Notes under the pieces: model-generated
The model's database searches: none
What the model was told of the DNA's origin: nothing
Seen by the model: the letters and a program-made list of their open reading frames with translations, nothing else
Made by a program: the position numbers and the translations under genes
Assembly (NCBI RefSeq): GCF_004010195.1
Contig: NC_057718.1
Coordinates: 65,782,770-65,846,769, forward strand
Source of the DNA: Chiloscyllium plagiosum
Lineage: Eukaryota
DNA: 64,000 nucleotides
Direction of reading: 5' to 3'
Part shown: positions 1-11,759 of the stretch, piece by piece
Layout: each line of letters opens with the position of its first letter
Numbering within the stretch: position 1 is the stretch's first letter

Positions 1-374
1 GCAGGGGGTGGTATTGGACAGGGTGGGGTGGTGTTGGGCAGAGGCAGGGGGTGGGATTGGACTGGGGCAGGGGTGGTGTTGGACAGGGGCAGGGATGGGG
101 TGGGGTTGGGCAGGGGCAGGGGATGATGTTGGATTGTGTGGGGGGGTTGGCGGTGTTGGGCAGGGGCAGGGGGCTGTGTTGGACGGGGGCGGGGACGCGG
201 TGTTGGAAACGGGGTCTCACATGCGCTGTGCTGCTGTAGTCTCCTGAATGGGGAGCAGGTTTTAAAAACTCCGAGCAGCCCCAGAGGAAAGACATTTAAT
301 CGATTAACCAAATAGTCAATTGTCCGAACGAAATAGTGCCCGCCCATCTCATTCGGATAATCGAGGTTCCCCTG
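1..374. mobile_element. Right end of a Tigger/pogo-like non-autonomous DNA transposon with a G-rich internal minisatellite
   Basis: Ends ...cggataatcgaggttcccctg|TA, with the same TIR as at 30405/30554 and 26808. Internal gggcaggggcagggg..tgtt repeats at 1-210. Confidence 0.7.
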
Positions 375-376
375 TA

Positions 377-572
377 TATATCATTTCAATTGCATGACAC
401 TATAATCTTTTGTTATAAATTCTGTGTCTTATGGTCCTCTTCCACATCCACCTGATGAAGGAGCTGTGCCCTGAAAGCTAATGCTTTCAAATAAACCTGT
501 TGGACTATAATCTGGTGTTGTGGGATTTTTAAATCTGTCCACCCCAGCCCAACACTGGCTCCTCCACATCAT
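377..572 (+). mobile_element. Penelope-like pseudo-LTR with a degenerate hammerhead motif (449-483)
   Basis: cacctgatgaaggagc...gaaagcta...aataaacctgttggactataa. Same family as 5955-6110 and 9915-10059. Confidence 0.8.
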
Positions 573-1247
573 ATTTTACAGGCAAATGGGAAATTAATTA
601 ACTGAAGTTAGAAATTTCCTGCAGATAGTCAAACCCACTCATGGTGTTTTGCAGCTAACAATTGAGGACATTATTTTTCATTCTTGTAGAATTTCACCTA
701 ATGTAGTGCTTCCACTACAGACTAATGCACATCAACAAAAGTGATGGCATTACAGTAATGAGAGTCAGCTGGTACACTGTCTGACACACTTCCTCCTAAA
801 TGCAATTTTACATCAGGGCTTCATCTGCATTTAAAATATTCCAGTTGCCTATATAGTCGTAAACAAATTTCAAAAGGAACAACATAGCTGTAGAGCATTT
901 TGGTATACTTAAAAACATGAATTTTCATTTATACAGTTACTTTCGTTATTTTAAGAGAAGCTTAGGAAAGTGTCAAGAGACAAATAATTGAGATAAATGA
1001 TGATTTGTTCTGGGATGAAGCCAATTTTTCCCTTACTGATATTAGTATGAAAATATATTCATAAATTATCTTCACAATACCTTACTGGTAAAACATTAAT
1101 AGCTTAATTAGCCATTAAACTCAGTCAATATTTTTATGTTGTCTGGATCCATTAACCAGAGACATGTAGTTTCCAGATGATGCTCCAGAGCAGACTTTGA
1201 GGAAATTAAATACCCTTATATCCAATATAGTTGCTATGGCATTTCTG

Positions 1248-1552
1248 TGGTATGGTTGCTCAATGGTTAGCACTGCTAGCTCACAGCACCAGGGACCCAG
1301 GTTCAATTCCAGGCTTGGTTGACTGTCTGTGTGGAGATTGCACATTCTCCCTCTGGCTGCGTGGCTTTGCTCCACTTTCCTCCCACAGTCCAAAGATGTG
1401 CAGGTCAGGTGAATTGGCCATTCTAAATTGCCCATAGTGTTAGGTGCTTTAGTCAGAAGGGATATGGGTCTGGGTGGGTTTCTCTTCAGAGGGTTGGTGT
1501 GGACTTATTGGGCTGAAGAGCCTGTTTCCACACTGTAGGGAATCTAATCTAA
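1248..1552 (+). mobile_element. tRNA-derived SINE (HE1-like shark SINE)
   Basis: Box A-like gctcaatggttagc, box B ggttcaattcc, body shared with 32009 and 47730, LINE-like 3' end and (aatct)n tail. Confidence 0.85.
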
Positions 1553-1853
1553 CATAAAAATATATGAAATAAGAGCAGGCCAATTTATGCCCATGCTTTT
1601 CATTCAATAAGATTATGACTAATCTTCAACTTTAACGCTATTTTCCTGCTGTCCCTTAATGTTTTTAATGTATAAAAATCTATCAATTGTAATCTTGAGA
1701 GGAAAGCAGAGTAGAAAATAAATTAAAACTGCAGCATAAATGTGAAATATAATAAACTGTTTAGATAAGATCATCGAATGGATATTGCCATGGCAAAAAT
1801 ATTGTGTAGGCGACCCTAAAAGCTTTGCATTGTACAACAATAAAAAATAAGGC

Positions 1854-2125
1854 TTTTTTTTTTCTTTAAACTTTTTTTTGTTTTTTTTTGTTTTTTCCTT
1901 TTTTTTGTTGTATTAACCCCCACACTACCACCTAAGTTCAGTAGTGCTTATTTTTAGGGCAGTGCTGTGTGATCAAAACAGTGAAGGGGAGGGTAGGGAC
2001 TAAATCAAAATAGAGTTGGAGGGAGAAATGATGCACTCCACTCCCTGCGGCGCCCACCTCTCCCTGAACAACTCCAGGGTGTTGTTCGACACCGCGTGCT
2101 CCTTCTCCAAGGACACCCGGGCTCT
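1854..2125 (-). mobile_element. 5'-truncated Tx1/L1-clade LINE 3' end
   Basis: Minus strand reads RARVSLEKEHAVSNNTLELFRERWAPQGVECIISPSNSILI*, followed by an A-rich tail. 13-bp TSD aaaataaggcttt at 1844 and 2126. Confidence 0.75.
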
Positions 2126-2239
2126 AAAATAAGGCTTTATACCATTCACTGTATCTTAAAGTTGTGATTGGTAAAACATCTGGCTGCCTATTTCTGGAGG
2201 TTACCTCAATACAACCAGGCTTGGGCATTGAGTGTTTTA

Positions 2240-2482
2240 TTTTATTCGTTCATGTGTTCTGTGTTTATTAATTAATATTTCTGGCTAGGCAGGCATTTAT
2301 TGCACATTCCTAATTGCCTAGAGGGCAGTACAAGGTCACGTAGACCAGATCTGGTAAGGAGGACACGTTACTTCATTAAAAGATATTAGTGACTCAGACA
2401 CTAAAATTGACACTGGTCACATGAATGCTATTAGTCCAGATTTTATTGAAGTTAAACATCACCATCTGCCATGGAATTGAGA
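2240..2482 (-). mobile_element. Decayed SINE of a second family (same as 45880-46257)
   Basis: Shared blocks gcatttattgc.cat.cctaattgcc...ggtaagga...atattagtga...catctgccatg. Confidence 0.6.
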
Positions 2483-3115
2483 CCACAACATGGAATGTTT
2501 TTGAGAAGGAGTTAGATATAGTTCTTAGGGTGAAAGTGATCAAAGGGTATGGGGAGAAAGCAGGGACAGGTACTGAGTTGGATGATCAGCCATGATCATA
2601 TTGAACAGCAGACCAGGTTCAAAAGGCCAATTATCCTTCTTCTGCTCCTATTTTCAATGTTTCTATTCCTGCACAAAACACAAAACTTTGGATGGATTAC
2701 CATTCTTCATTTCCAGTACAACACAAATCCACAGTTTGTTTCTCCTTTAAAAATTGTTGATGTTTGTGGCTGAGACAACAACAGTGACAGCAACCATTCA
2801 TCAGACAATGGACAGAAAAATGTAACAATTGTCTTTGATAATAGTATTTGTGAAAGAGACGAGCAGTTCCAAATCTGGAATGACCAAATGAATAACACAC
2901 AAGCATTTATCAAACCTGCTTAATCAAGCACAAATTGGATCATGATGTGATATTTGTGCCCTGATATTTATCACTGCTGTTTGTCCCACTAATTTAAAGA
3001 TATTTCTGTTTTGCTCAAACCTTTACATCACCAAAATTCCCAAAACTAATTCACAGTTTTTTTAAATGATACACAGGTAGAGATCAGCTCATCTTTAGCT
3101 TTATTATTGTGATAT

Positions 3116-3817
3116 TGGATATAGGCTGAGCTGAAAGGTTCATTTCCAAATGTTTTGTTACCTTACTAGGTAACATCTCCAGTGGTGAAAATGTGTTGCT
3201 GGAAAAGCGCAGCAGGTCAGGCAGCATCCAAGGAGCAGGAGAATCGACGTTTCGGGCATGAGCCCTTCTTCTGGAAACAAGGGAGGAAGAGAGCTTCTTC
3301 AAGGAAGGCATCCTTGCAAGAGGATTCGCAGTAGGTTAAAATCTTTGAGGAGAAAGTGAGGACACCAGTTGAAGTGGTGTCCTCAAAAAGACATGACCCT
3401 CTCTCACTAGTATCCTCACATAAGGATGAGGAAGGACATCACTTCGACAGGGACAATACATCCACCCTAGGACAAGTCAAACAAAGACATGCATGAGAAT
3501 TCCTAGAAGCATGGTATTCCAACCGGAACTCTACCAACAAACACATCCAGTCAGACCCCATCTACCACCCCCTGAAAAAAGGAACAGGAAGTGATTTCAC
3601 CACAGGAAATAACATCACCACCAGAAATGATATCACCAAACCAAAGAATCTCAAACATATAAATAGAAAGCAGGAATTTTCAGCATTGCTTCGCAAGAGG
3701 TCCACTGAAGATGTTACCTAGTAAGGTAACGAAACGGCTGGAAATGAACCTTTCAGCTCAGCGAGCAAACCTATATCCAAAACCTCAACCTGAGCTACAA
3801 ATCTTCTCAAAACTCGC
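3116..3817 (+). mobile_element. Truncated Penelope-like retroelement (inverted pLTR + GIY-YIG C-terminus + pLTR) with a nested piece of another PLE family (about 3186-3360)
   Basis: 14-bp TSD tattattgtgatat at 3102 and 3818. About 3385-3580 reads KRHDPLSLVSSHKDEEGHHFDRDNTSTLGQVKQRHA*EFLEAWYSNRNSTNKHIQSDPIYHPL. 3121-3185 is the inverted copy of 3702-3765. Confidence 0.85.
3701..3742 (+). ncRNA. Minimal type-I hammerhead ribozyme motif (cleavage triplet mutated)
   Basis: TCCA-CTGAAGA-T-GTTACC-tagtaa-GGTAAC-GAAA-CGGC-TGGA: 4-bp stem I and 6-bp stem II, with GGC where GTC is expected. Confidence 0.7.
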
Positions 3818-4541
3818 TATTATTGTGATATGTTCTCAGTTTGTGGAAGCAATTGCAAAAGGAAATGGATAGGGTACTTTTTGATATTGGGATGTCATCT
3901 AAAGCAGCTCGAGTAGAGAGCTGTGAAACATTGACATTTAAAGCTATTTACATATGTAGAAAGTAAACTCTCTGAATTGAATGTTTGAACAGATTACACC
4001 CAGATCTTGTTGAGAAATTTGTATGTAAATTTGAAGAATTTGTTTCCTTGATTTTCTGCACAGTCACTCCTTGTCCACTTCCTGCCGTCTGCTTTATGCA
4101 CTGATGATAGACAAGCATTTGTCATTCATCTGTTTAAGTGCTTTTTCTCCTGAGTTACTTGCAGCAGTGTCCAGGAAATTAATCGAATTCCTGGAAACCA
4201 TAAACAATAAATGCAAGCATTTCATTCATCCATGAGAGATGGCTGGTATCAGTCTTGTGTAAGAGGTAAAATAACTTGTTCAACTTGCCCTCTTTATTCA
4301 ACCATTGGAAAGTAAGTAGGTAGTGTGCCAGGTGATAGGTGGTTGAGGAAATAGGGTGGCAAAGCGGGTATGGGATAGGATGGCAAGTGCATGAGTGGGT
4401 GAGGTGCCAGGAATGTGAGTGTGAAGGGAAGGGATGCCAGATAGGTGAGGCAGTTGGGTGGCAAGTAAGTAAGCGAGTGCTTATTGTAGTCAGGTTGGGT
4501 TGGGACCAGTTTGGTTCGAGTGGGTAGGGGTTTTGCAAGAA

Positions 4542-5790
4542 GCATCCCTATTTCCCAATTCCTCTGTCCCTGTTGCATTTGCTCAGATGAAGAGACATTC
4601 CATTCCCAAGCATCCCAGATGGCCACCTATTTTGAACAAGGTGCCTTTCCCCCCTCTGTCATCCAGACAGACCTCCACTGCACTCCTCCATTCCCTGCTC
4701 CAAACGCAATAAAGACAGGGTCCCCCTTGACCTCAACTTCCAGCCCATCTGTCTCTGCATCCAATATATCATCCTTAAACACTTCCACCAACTCCAACAA
4801 GACCCCAACACCAAGAACATCTCCCCCTCCCCACCCCTCTCTGCCTTCCGCAGGACTGTTCCCTTTGCCAATCCTTGGTTTGCACCATCCTCCCCACCAA
4901 CCCCCTGAACCTCCCGGTAACTTCCGTGCACCATAAAAGATGCAAAACCTGCCGGCATACCACCCCTCTCACCTCCATTCAGGGCTGAAAACAGTCCTTC
5001 CAGGTGAGATAGAGGCTCACCTGCCTCTCCTCCAACCTAGTTTACTCTATCCGACGCTCCTGATGTGATCTTCTCTACATCGGTGAAACAAAACATAAAC
5101 TAAGGGCACACTTCAACAAGCATCTCAGCCAAGCTCACAAGAACTGACTTGACCTCCCAGTCACACCCATTTCAATTCTCCTTCCCACTGCCTCTCAGAC
5201 ACGTCCATCCTCAGCTCTTCTATTGCCACATTGAACCAGACCACAAATTGAAAGAACAACACCTTATCTTCCGCCTGGGCAGCCTACAGCCTGGAGGACT
5301 CAACATTGAGTTCTCCAATTTCTAATAGCCTCCCTTCCCACCCTGATTCCCTTTCCAGCCCCACCTCCTCCCTTCCACTCCTCTGACTGACCTTTCCTTT
5401 CAGTTTCCATCCCTGTCATCAACCAACCAGGCCATATCCTCTACCTATGTTCACCTATGGGGTAAAAATAATGACTGCAGATGCTGGAAACCAGATTCTG
5501 GATCAGTGGTGCTGGAAGAGCACAGCAATTCAGGCAGCATCCGAGGACAGGCAAAATTCCTCGGATGCTGCCTGAATTGCTGTGCTCTTCCAGCACCACT
5601 GATCCAGAATCTATGTTCACCTATCCCCACTTCACCACTCCTCCCCTCCCCACCAAAAACCCTCTCCCAACCACCCCCCTTTATCTGCAGTGCCACTTAG
5701 CCCCATCCCCAGTCCTGAAGAAGGGTTACAACCGAACATTGACTTCTCCACCTCCTGATACTGCCTGGCTTGCTATGTTCTTCCAGCTTG
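4542..5790 (+). mobile_element. Decayed Neptune-type Penelope-like element (RT thumb, Cys linker, GIY-YIG, pLTR)
   Basis: About 4940-5125 reads CKTCRHTTPLTSIQG*KQSFQVR*RLTCLSSNLVYSIRRS*CDLLYIGETKHKLRAHFNKHL (VY...YIG). Degenerate hammerhead ctgaagaaggg at about 5715. Confidence 0.85.
5459..5612. mobile_element. PLE-derived mini foldback insertion with a perfect 55-bp hairpin
   Basis: Arms 5493-5547 and 5558-5612 with a 10-nt loop. TSD ctatgttcacctat at 5445 and 5611. Confidence 0.85.
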
Positions 5791-5826
5791 CGAAGATCAT
5801 ACTGAGAGCTGACTTTATTCACTATG

Positions 5827-6115
5827 TTAAAAATCACACAACTCCAGGTTATAGTCCAACAGGTTTATTCGGAAGCACTAGCTTTCGGAGTGTTGCTCCT
5901 TCATCAGGTAGTTGTGGAGTATAACATCGTAAGACACAGAATTTAAAGCCGTTGCTATAAATTTTGTGCCTTACAATCTTTTACTCCACAACCACCTGAT
6001 GAAGAAGCAACGCTCCGAAAGCTAGTGCTTCCAATTAAATGTGTTGGACTATAACCTGGTGTGTGATTTTTAACTTTGTACACCCCAGTCCAACATCAGC
6101 ATCTCCAAATCTTAG
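5827..6115. mobile_element. Inverted pair of PLE pseudo-LTRs with hammerhead motifs at 5876-5910 (-) and 5993-6027 (+)
   Basis: About 5827-5945 is the reverse complement of about 5955-6074. TSD ttcactatg at 5818 and 6116. Confidence 0.85.
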
Positions 6116-6124
6116 TTCACTATG

Positions 6125-7426
6125 GTGGGCTATTGTCCAATGGGTTTATTTGAAAGCATAAGCTTTTGGAGCCCTCACTGTTTCCTCAGGCAGCTAGTGA
6201 GAGAAAATACATCGGACACAGAATTTATAAGTAAAAGATCAAAGGGTCAAACAACTTATGCGAATATATTGATAAAAACCCTAGATAGCTATTAAGTCTG
6301 ATCAGTAAGAATGGAGGTGCAGGTTTCGAGTGATTAATATGTAAATCCCAGAATTTATTTCAAGTTATTGCCTTAAGCTAATTTCAGGCTTTTCAGTATA
6401 AAGATGACACCTCAGGTCAAAGAATGCATTTTAGGTGTGAGGCCTTGTTTCAAATCTGTTTGTATCTCATCCTGGAGTCAGATTGGTTTTATTTCCAAAG
6501 TAGGAATTTATAAAATACCACATTGACTGACTGTCTACAGATCGTATGCTTTTTGAACAAAATAGAATGTATGAGGGTGGGAGGGAGAGAGTGAGAGAGA
6601 GAGAGAGAAAGAGAGAGTGAGCGTGTGTGTGAGAGAGAGAGAGAGAGAGAGGGAGAGAGTGTGGGTGTGTACGCACTCTTGAGAGAGAGTGTGCATGTGT
6701 GCTTGAGAGAGAGTGTGTCAGCATGACGGAGAATATCTGTGTGAGAACGTGCATGTGAGTGTGTGCGAACGTATGTGTGCTTGAGAGAGAGGGTACACAA
6801 GTGTGAGGGAATTTTTGCCTGTGAGAGAAATGAGTGTGAGTGTGTGTGAGTGTTTGTGTGAGAGTGTGTGCGTATGTGTCCGTGTGTTTGAGTGCGTGTG
6901 TGAGAATGTATAGTGTGGTGGGGTTACCTGTAGTGTGACATAAACCCAATTCCCGGTTGAGGCCGTCCTCATGCGTACCGAACCTATCGGCATTGTTGCA
7001 TGTCCCAAATTTCACCTTGGAGGACATTTACCCGAAGATGCGAGGCTGAATGTCCTTGACCACTGAAGTGACTGACTGTAGACAGTCAATCAATGTGACA
7101 TTTTGTTAATTCCTACTTTGGAAATAAAACCAATCTGACTCCAAGCTGAAAGAAATTCTGGGATTTACATATCAATCAATCCAAACCTACACCTCAATTC
7201 CAATTGATTAAAGACTTAACAGCTGTCTAGGTTTGTTCACTACATTTACATAAGTCGCATAGACCCTTTGATCTTTTATTTATAAATTCTGAGCATGATG
7301 TATTCTCTCACACTAGTTGCCTGAGGAAGGAGCAGGTCTCTGAAAGCTTGTGCTTTCAAATAAACCTTTTGGACTATAATCCAGTGTCGTCCACCCCAGT
7401 CCAAAACTGGCACCGCCACATCTTGA
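6125..7426. mobile_element. PLE foldback with long inverted arms, an internal (GA)n/(GT)n microsatellite (about 6570-6915) and an ORF-end remnant
   Basis: About 6135-6540 is partly reverse-complementary to about 7070-7380. Hammerhead-like cctgaggaaggagc...gaaagcttg at about 7320. TSD ttcactatg at 6116 and 7427. Confidence 0.75.
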
Positions 7427-8548
7427 TTCACTATGTCAGGGATCTGCAACCTGTCCCTCTGAAGCTGCATATGACTCACATTAGTGACTTATGTAACTAC
7501 TGACCTTGATCAATCAATGCCATTTTGATAAGTCAATAACTTGTTTGAAATGTTTTAAAGTTTTATTAACATCATACTAGTGAGATAGTATTGGTCAAAC
7601 AACAAAACTGTTAAAATATTGTCAAAATGTGTTAGTCCTTTTCTTATTACTATTAGTGTTTAAGTAACAGCATTGAGTTTTGAAGATATAGTATTTTTGC
7701 CATGTGGCTACTCTTGTTATTGAGGTTGCCAAACTCTGCAACATGTGGCTGTCAAACTCCGGTTTAGTTCACACCAGACCTGAACGCCACACTGATGTGA
7801 ACTAGGTGGTTGTTAGAATTTCCTTCTGTGCTTAATCACACTTACTCAGTTTAAGTTAAAGATATGATTCGTTACCTGAACAACTTTGCAACATCTGTAG
7901 GTTGTAAGAGGACTGCATAAACATGCACATCTTCCACACCTAAACTATTCATCTGAAATGACACCATTGCAGATCAGATTGTTCTGGGTGATTTAAAGGG
8001 TATACGGTAGAGAATATGAGCAGCAGCTTTTGAAAAGTCTTTCAGCCACAGTCTGTGAGGTGATGATATTGTATGCTCTCTTCCGCTTGAGTTATTTGTA
8101 GCACTGACCAGTTTGAGTCAAACTTCCTGTGTTTTCTGACATGCTGCCATTAACCAATGCAGTACAGAGAGTGCCAGTAGCTTGGGTGCCTTGGTATGTA
8201 ATTTCTATTCTTACCTTCCATGCTTTTTAAAAAATTTGCATGTGTTTGTTGCACTTAATTACAAATATTTGAGAAGACTGTTTTGTGTCAATACATTTCG
8301 TTGCTCCTCGGTATAAAAGAGAATTGTCTAATAAAGGCTGTTTTCTCAGAAACTTCAAAGAAATTATTTTTGTACAGATCTCTAAGCAATGGATCATAAT
8401 GTTTTGCACTAAAGGAAAGTTAAATTTACATCTGGGTGAATTGACAGTTAATGACTGTGTTTAGAAACTGTTAGAAAAATGTAAATACTTTAATTCATGA
8501 CTTTATGTAAAATAAATTCTCTTTTCAATTGTTTAATATTATGCCCTA

Positions 8549-10059
8549 CCAAGTTAAAAATCACTTGGTAGTCCAGATTATAGTCCAACAGCATTGCTCC
8601 TTCATCAGGTGGATTGTGGAGTATAAGATCGTAAGACACAGAATTTATAGCAAAAGTTTACAGTGTGATGTAACTGAAATTATATATTGAAAAAGACCGG
8701 GATTGTTTGTTAAGTCTCTTGTCTTTTAGAATGAACATGTTGGTTTCGGTTCTTTCATATTTAAATCGCGGAATATTTAAAAATTACATTCTCAAGTGAA
8801 CTTTAACAACTGGTGTCATGTCAGCCCAGAAAATGCATTGAAGGTGTGAGCTGCCCTGTGTAAGACTGTCTGTGCCACAATGGTCAGACTGATTTGAATC
8901 TAAAAAACAGATTTACAGAATCTCACATGGATTCATGCAGTTTTTGAGAAAAGTAAAATGTAATTCTGCGAGTACAAATTCACCCCACAAACCTATATGT
9001 GTATGTGCGCTTGTGGGTGTGTTTGTATGGTTGGAGGGGAGGCAGGGGTTATGAGTGTCTGTGAGAGAGTGTGTGTATGTTTATGAATGTGAGTGTAAAG
9101 GGTATAAATCTGTGAGATGGTGCATGCACAATTTTGTAAATCCGTTTTTTAGATTAGAATCAGTCTGACCATTGTGGCACAGACAGCCTCACACAGGGCA
9201 GCTCAATCTTCAATGCATTCTCTGGGCTGACATGACACCAATTGTTAAAGTTCACTTGAGAATGTAACTTTTAAATGTTCTGCAATTTAAATATGAAAGA
9301 ACTGAAACCGACATCTTCATTCTAAAAGATGAGACTTAACAAACAATCCAGGTCTTTTTCAATATATAATTTCAGTTACATCACACTGTAAACTTTTGCT
9401 ATAAATTCTGTGTCTTACAATGTTAAAAATCACACAACACCAAGTTATAGTCCAACAGGTTGAATTGAAAACACACTAGCATTATCACCTGATGAAGGAG
9501 CGTCGCTCCGAAAGTTAGTGCGCTTCCAATTAAACCTGTTGGACTATAACCTGGTGTCGTGTGATTTTTAACTTTGTACACCCCAGTCCAACACCGGCAT
9601 CTCTAAATCCTCAGGCAGTGCATTCCAATTTCTAATCATCCTCTGCATAAAAAAAAGGTTTTGTGATTTACACATGAAAGAAGTGAAACTAACAGATGAA
9701 AGGCTTAACAGGCAATCAATTTTTCAGTGTATAATTTCAGTTACATCCACTGTAAATTTTTGCTATAAATTCTGTGTTAGGATTGAGCCCTCCATTATCA
9801 CCTGATGAAGGAGCGTTGCTCTGAAAGCTAGTGTGCTTCCAATTAAACCTGTTGGACTATACGTGTGATTTTTAACTTTGTACACCCCAGTCCAACACCA
9901 GCATCTCCAAATCGTGTCTTACAATCTTATACTTCACAACCACCTGATGAAGGAGCAGCAATCTGAAAGCTAGTGCTTCCAAATAAACCTGTTGTACTAT
10001 AACCTGTTGTGTGATTTTTAACTTTGTATATCCCAGTCCAACACCGGCATCTCCAAATC
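8549..10059. mobile_element. Compound PLE insertion: long foldback plus three tandem pseudo-LTR units
   Basis: About 8630-8920 is the reverse complement of about 9135-9420. pLTR units at about 9485-9610, 9740-9912 and 9915-10059. TSD atgcccta at 8541 and 10060. Confidence 0.85.
9799..9833 (+). ncRNA. Minimal type-I hammerhead ribozyme motif (apparently intact)
   Basis: CAC-CTGATGA-A-GGAGC-gtt-GCTCT-GAAA-GC-TA-GTG. Sister copies at 9486-9520 and 9941-9975. Confidence 0.75.
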
Positions 10060-10777
10060 ATGCCCTATAAATATCTATTTCATTTCTCTTTTAACTGTCG
10101 ATGATTTTGTGATGGTTATATTGGAATTGAGTGGTATTGTGATGTGGCTGGACTCCATGTGTTGAGTCAAAACCGACTCTATTGGGGGCTTCACATCCAT
10201 GATTCTTTGTGCCAGTACTTGCTAACCTCACCAAAGCAGGGAGCTTAACCAGTTATTACTAAGAAGTCATAAACATAGTGACACATGCGAGGAAGGTTAC
10301 AGCAGAGGTTCTTTGAGGATATCTAGAAAGGGGCCATGCAGCACATTCTGGATTCTGTCAATCAACAGAGCTCGTTTCTCAATCTTTCACTTTTTATTTG
10401 CCACTCAATTATTTCTGTTGCCTTATAACAAAAAAAACAAGTTTTCTTCTATGACAGCCTCATTTTCCTTTGGATGTTTAGTAATTTTCAGAAGTTGGTT
10501 TGAACATTTTGCTGTTTTCAAAAGGTCTTCCACAGATAAGGGTTTGAATAAATTGTGCTTTGATTTCTGTAGAGACAAGTTTTAAAAAGAAATAACAGCT
10601 TCCAGTTACTAGCTGAAAGAACAACAGGCCAAGATGTCATATTTTAAGAGTTGCTTCATCAAGTGACTAAAAAACATTATTAACTAAACACTATCTTTGT
10701 TGGCAACTTATACTTCAACCCTCAGAACAGAAAGCCAACTTTCTCATTCTTAGTCCCGGTGAAAAAACACCTTTATA

Positions 10778-11293
10778 GACTTATAGAGTCATAAAGAAGT
10801 ACAGCACGGAAACAGATCCTTCGGTCCGACCCATCCATGCCGACCAGATATCCCAACCGAATTTAGTCCCACCTGCCAGCACCCAGCCCATATCCCTCCA
10901 AACCTTTCCTATTCATATACCCATCCAGATGCCTTTTAAATGTTGCAGTAGTACTAGCCTCTACCACTTCCTCAGGCAGCTCATTCCATAACGTACCACC
11001 CCCTGCATGAAAGTGTTGCCCGTACGGTCTCTTTTATATCTTTCCCCTCTCACCCTAAACCTATGCGCTTTAGTTCTGGACTCTCTGACCCCAGGGAAAA
11101 GACTTAGTCTATTTATCCTATCCATGCTCCTTATGATTTTGTAAACCACTATAAGGTCACCCCTCAGCCTCTGACGTTCCAGGGAAAACAGCTCCAGCCT
11201 GTCTCGCCTCTCCCTATAGCTCAAATCCTCTAACCCTGCAACATCCTTGTAAATCTTTTCTGAACCCTTTCAAGTTTCACAACATCTTTCCGA
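10778..11293 (-). mobile_element. CR1/HER1-type LINE 3' fragment
   Basis: ORF 10961..11224 SYRERRDRLELFSLERQRLRGDLIVVYKI; (ctatgact)n tail. Confidence 0.9.
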
Positions 11294-11489
11294 CTTAATA
11301 CAGTCCTTTAAATAGGCAATTTTGTTTTTACCAAAGTGATTCTTAGCTCTCAAGGATTTATTCCTGTTATTTTCTCAGCTTAGTAACTTGCAATCTTAGA
11401 ACAGTTTTTCACAGTAAAGTTTTAATTTCCCAAACATTCTCTCTCGAGCTGAAGAAAGATAACACTTCTTAGGACTTCCTTCCTAGCTG

Positions 11490-11620
11490 CATTATGGATC
11501 TGCCTACCCACGTGGATTACAGCAGTTCAAGAAGACAACTCACCACCATCTTCTTAACAGCAACTAAGGATAGATAATAAATGTTGGCCTAACCAATGAT
11601 GTCCACATCCCATGAGTAAA
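11490..11620 (+). mobile_element. 3' end of a second LINE family (tail shared with the second SINE family)
   Basis: cagcagttcaagaagacaactcaccaccatcttc...aataaatgttggcc. Reverse copies at about 20935-21200 and 24545-24650. Confidence 0.6.
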
Positions 11621-11759
11621 TAAAGAGTCCAAGTCTTTCTGCGTTTCTGTGTGCAAACAATAGAAACTTTCTTAGCCTCTAACTTCTCCTTCTCTTCCGG
11701 ACACAAACAATCACTGTCTGCAATATTCAGTGATATTTTAGGAAATCTGCAATCCAATT

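Noticed and set aside
8..247. Gly-rich ORFs
   Set aside because: G-rich minisatellite inside a MITE.
1248..1320. tRNA genes (also 32009-32080, 47730-47795)
   Set aside because: Box A/B heads run directly into a shared SINE body and tail, with no acceptor-stem closure or T-run terminator.
6467..7027. His/Thr/Ser-rich ORFs
   Set aside because: Translations of the (GA)n/(GT)n microsatellite.
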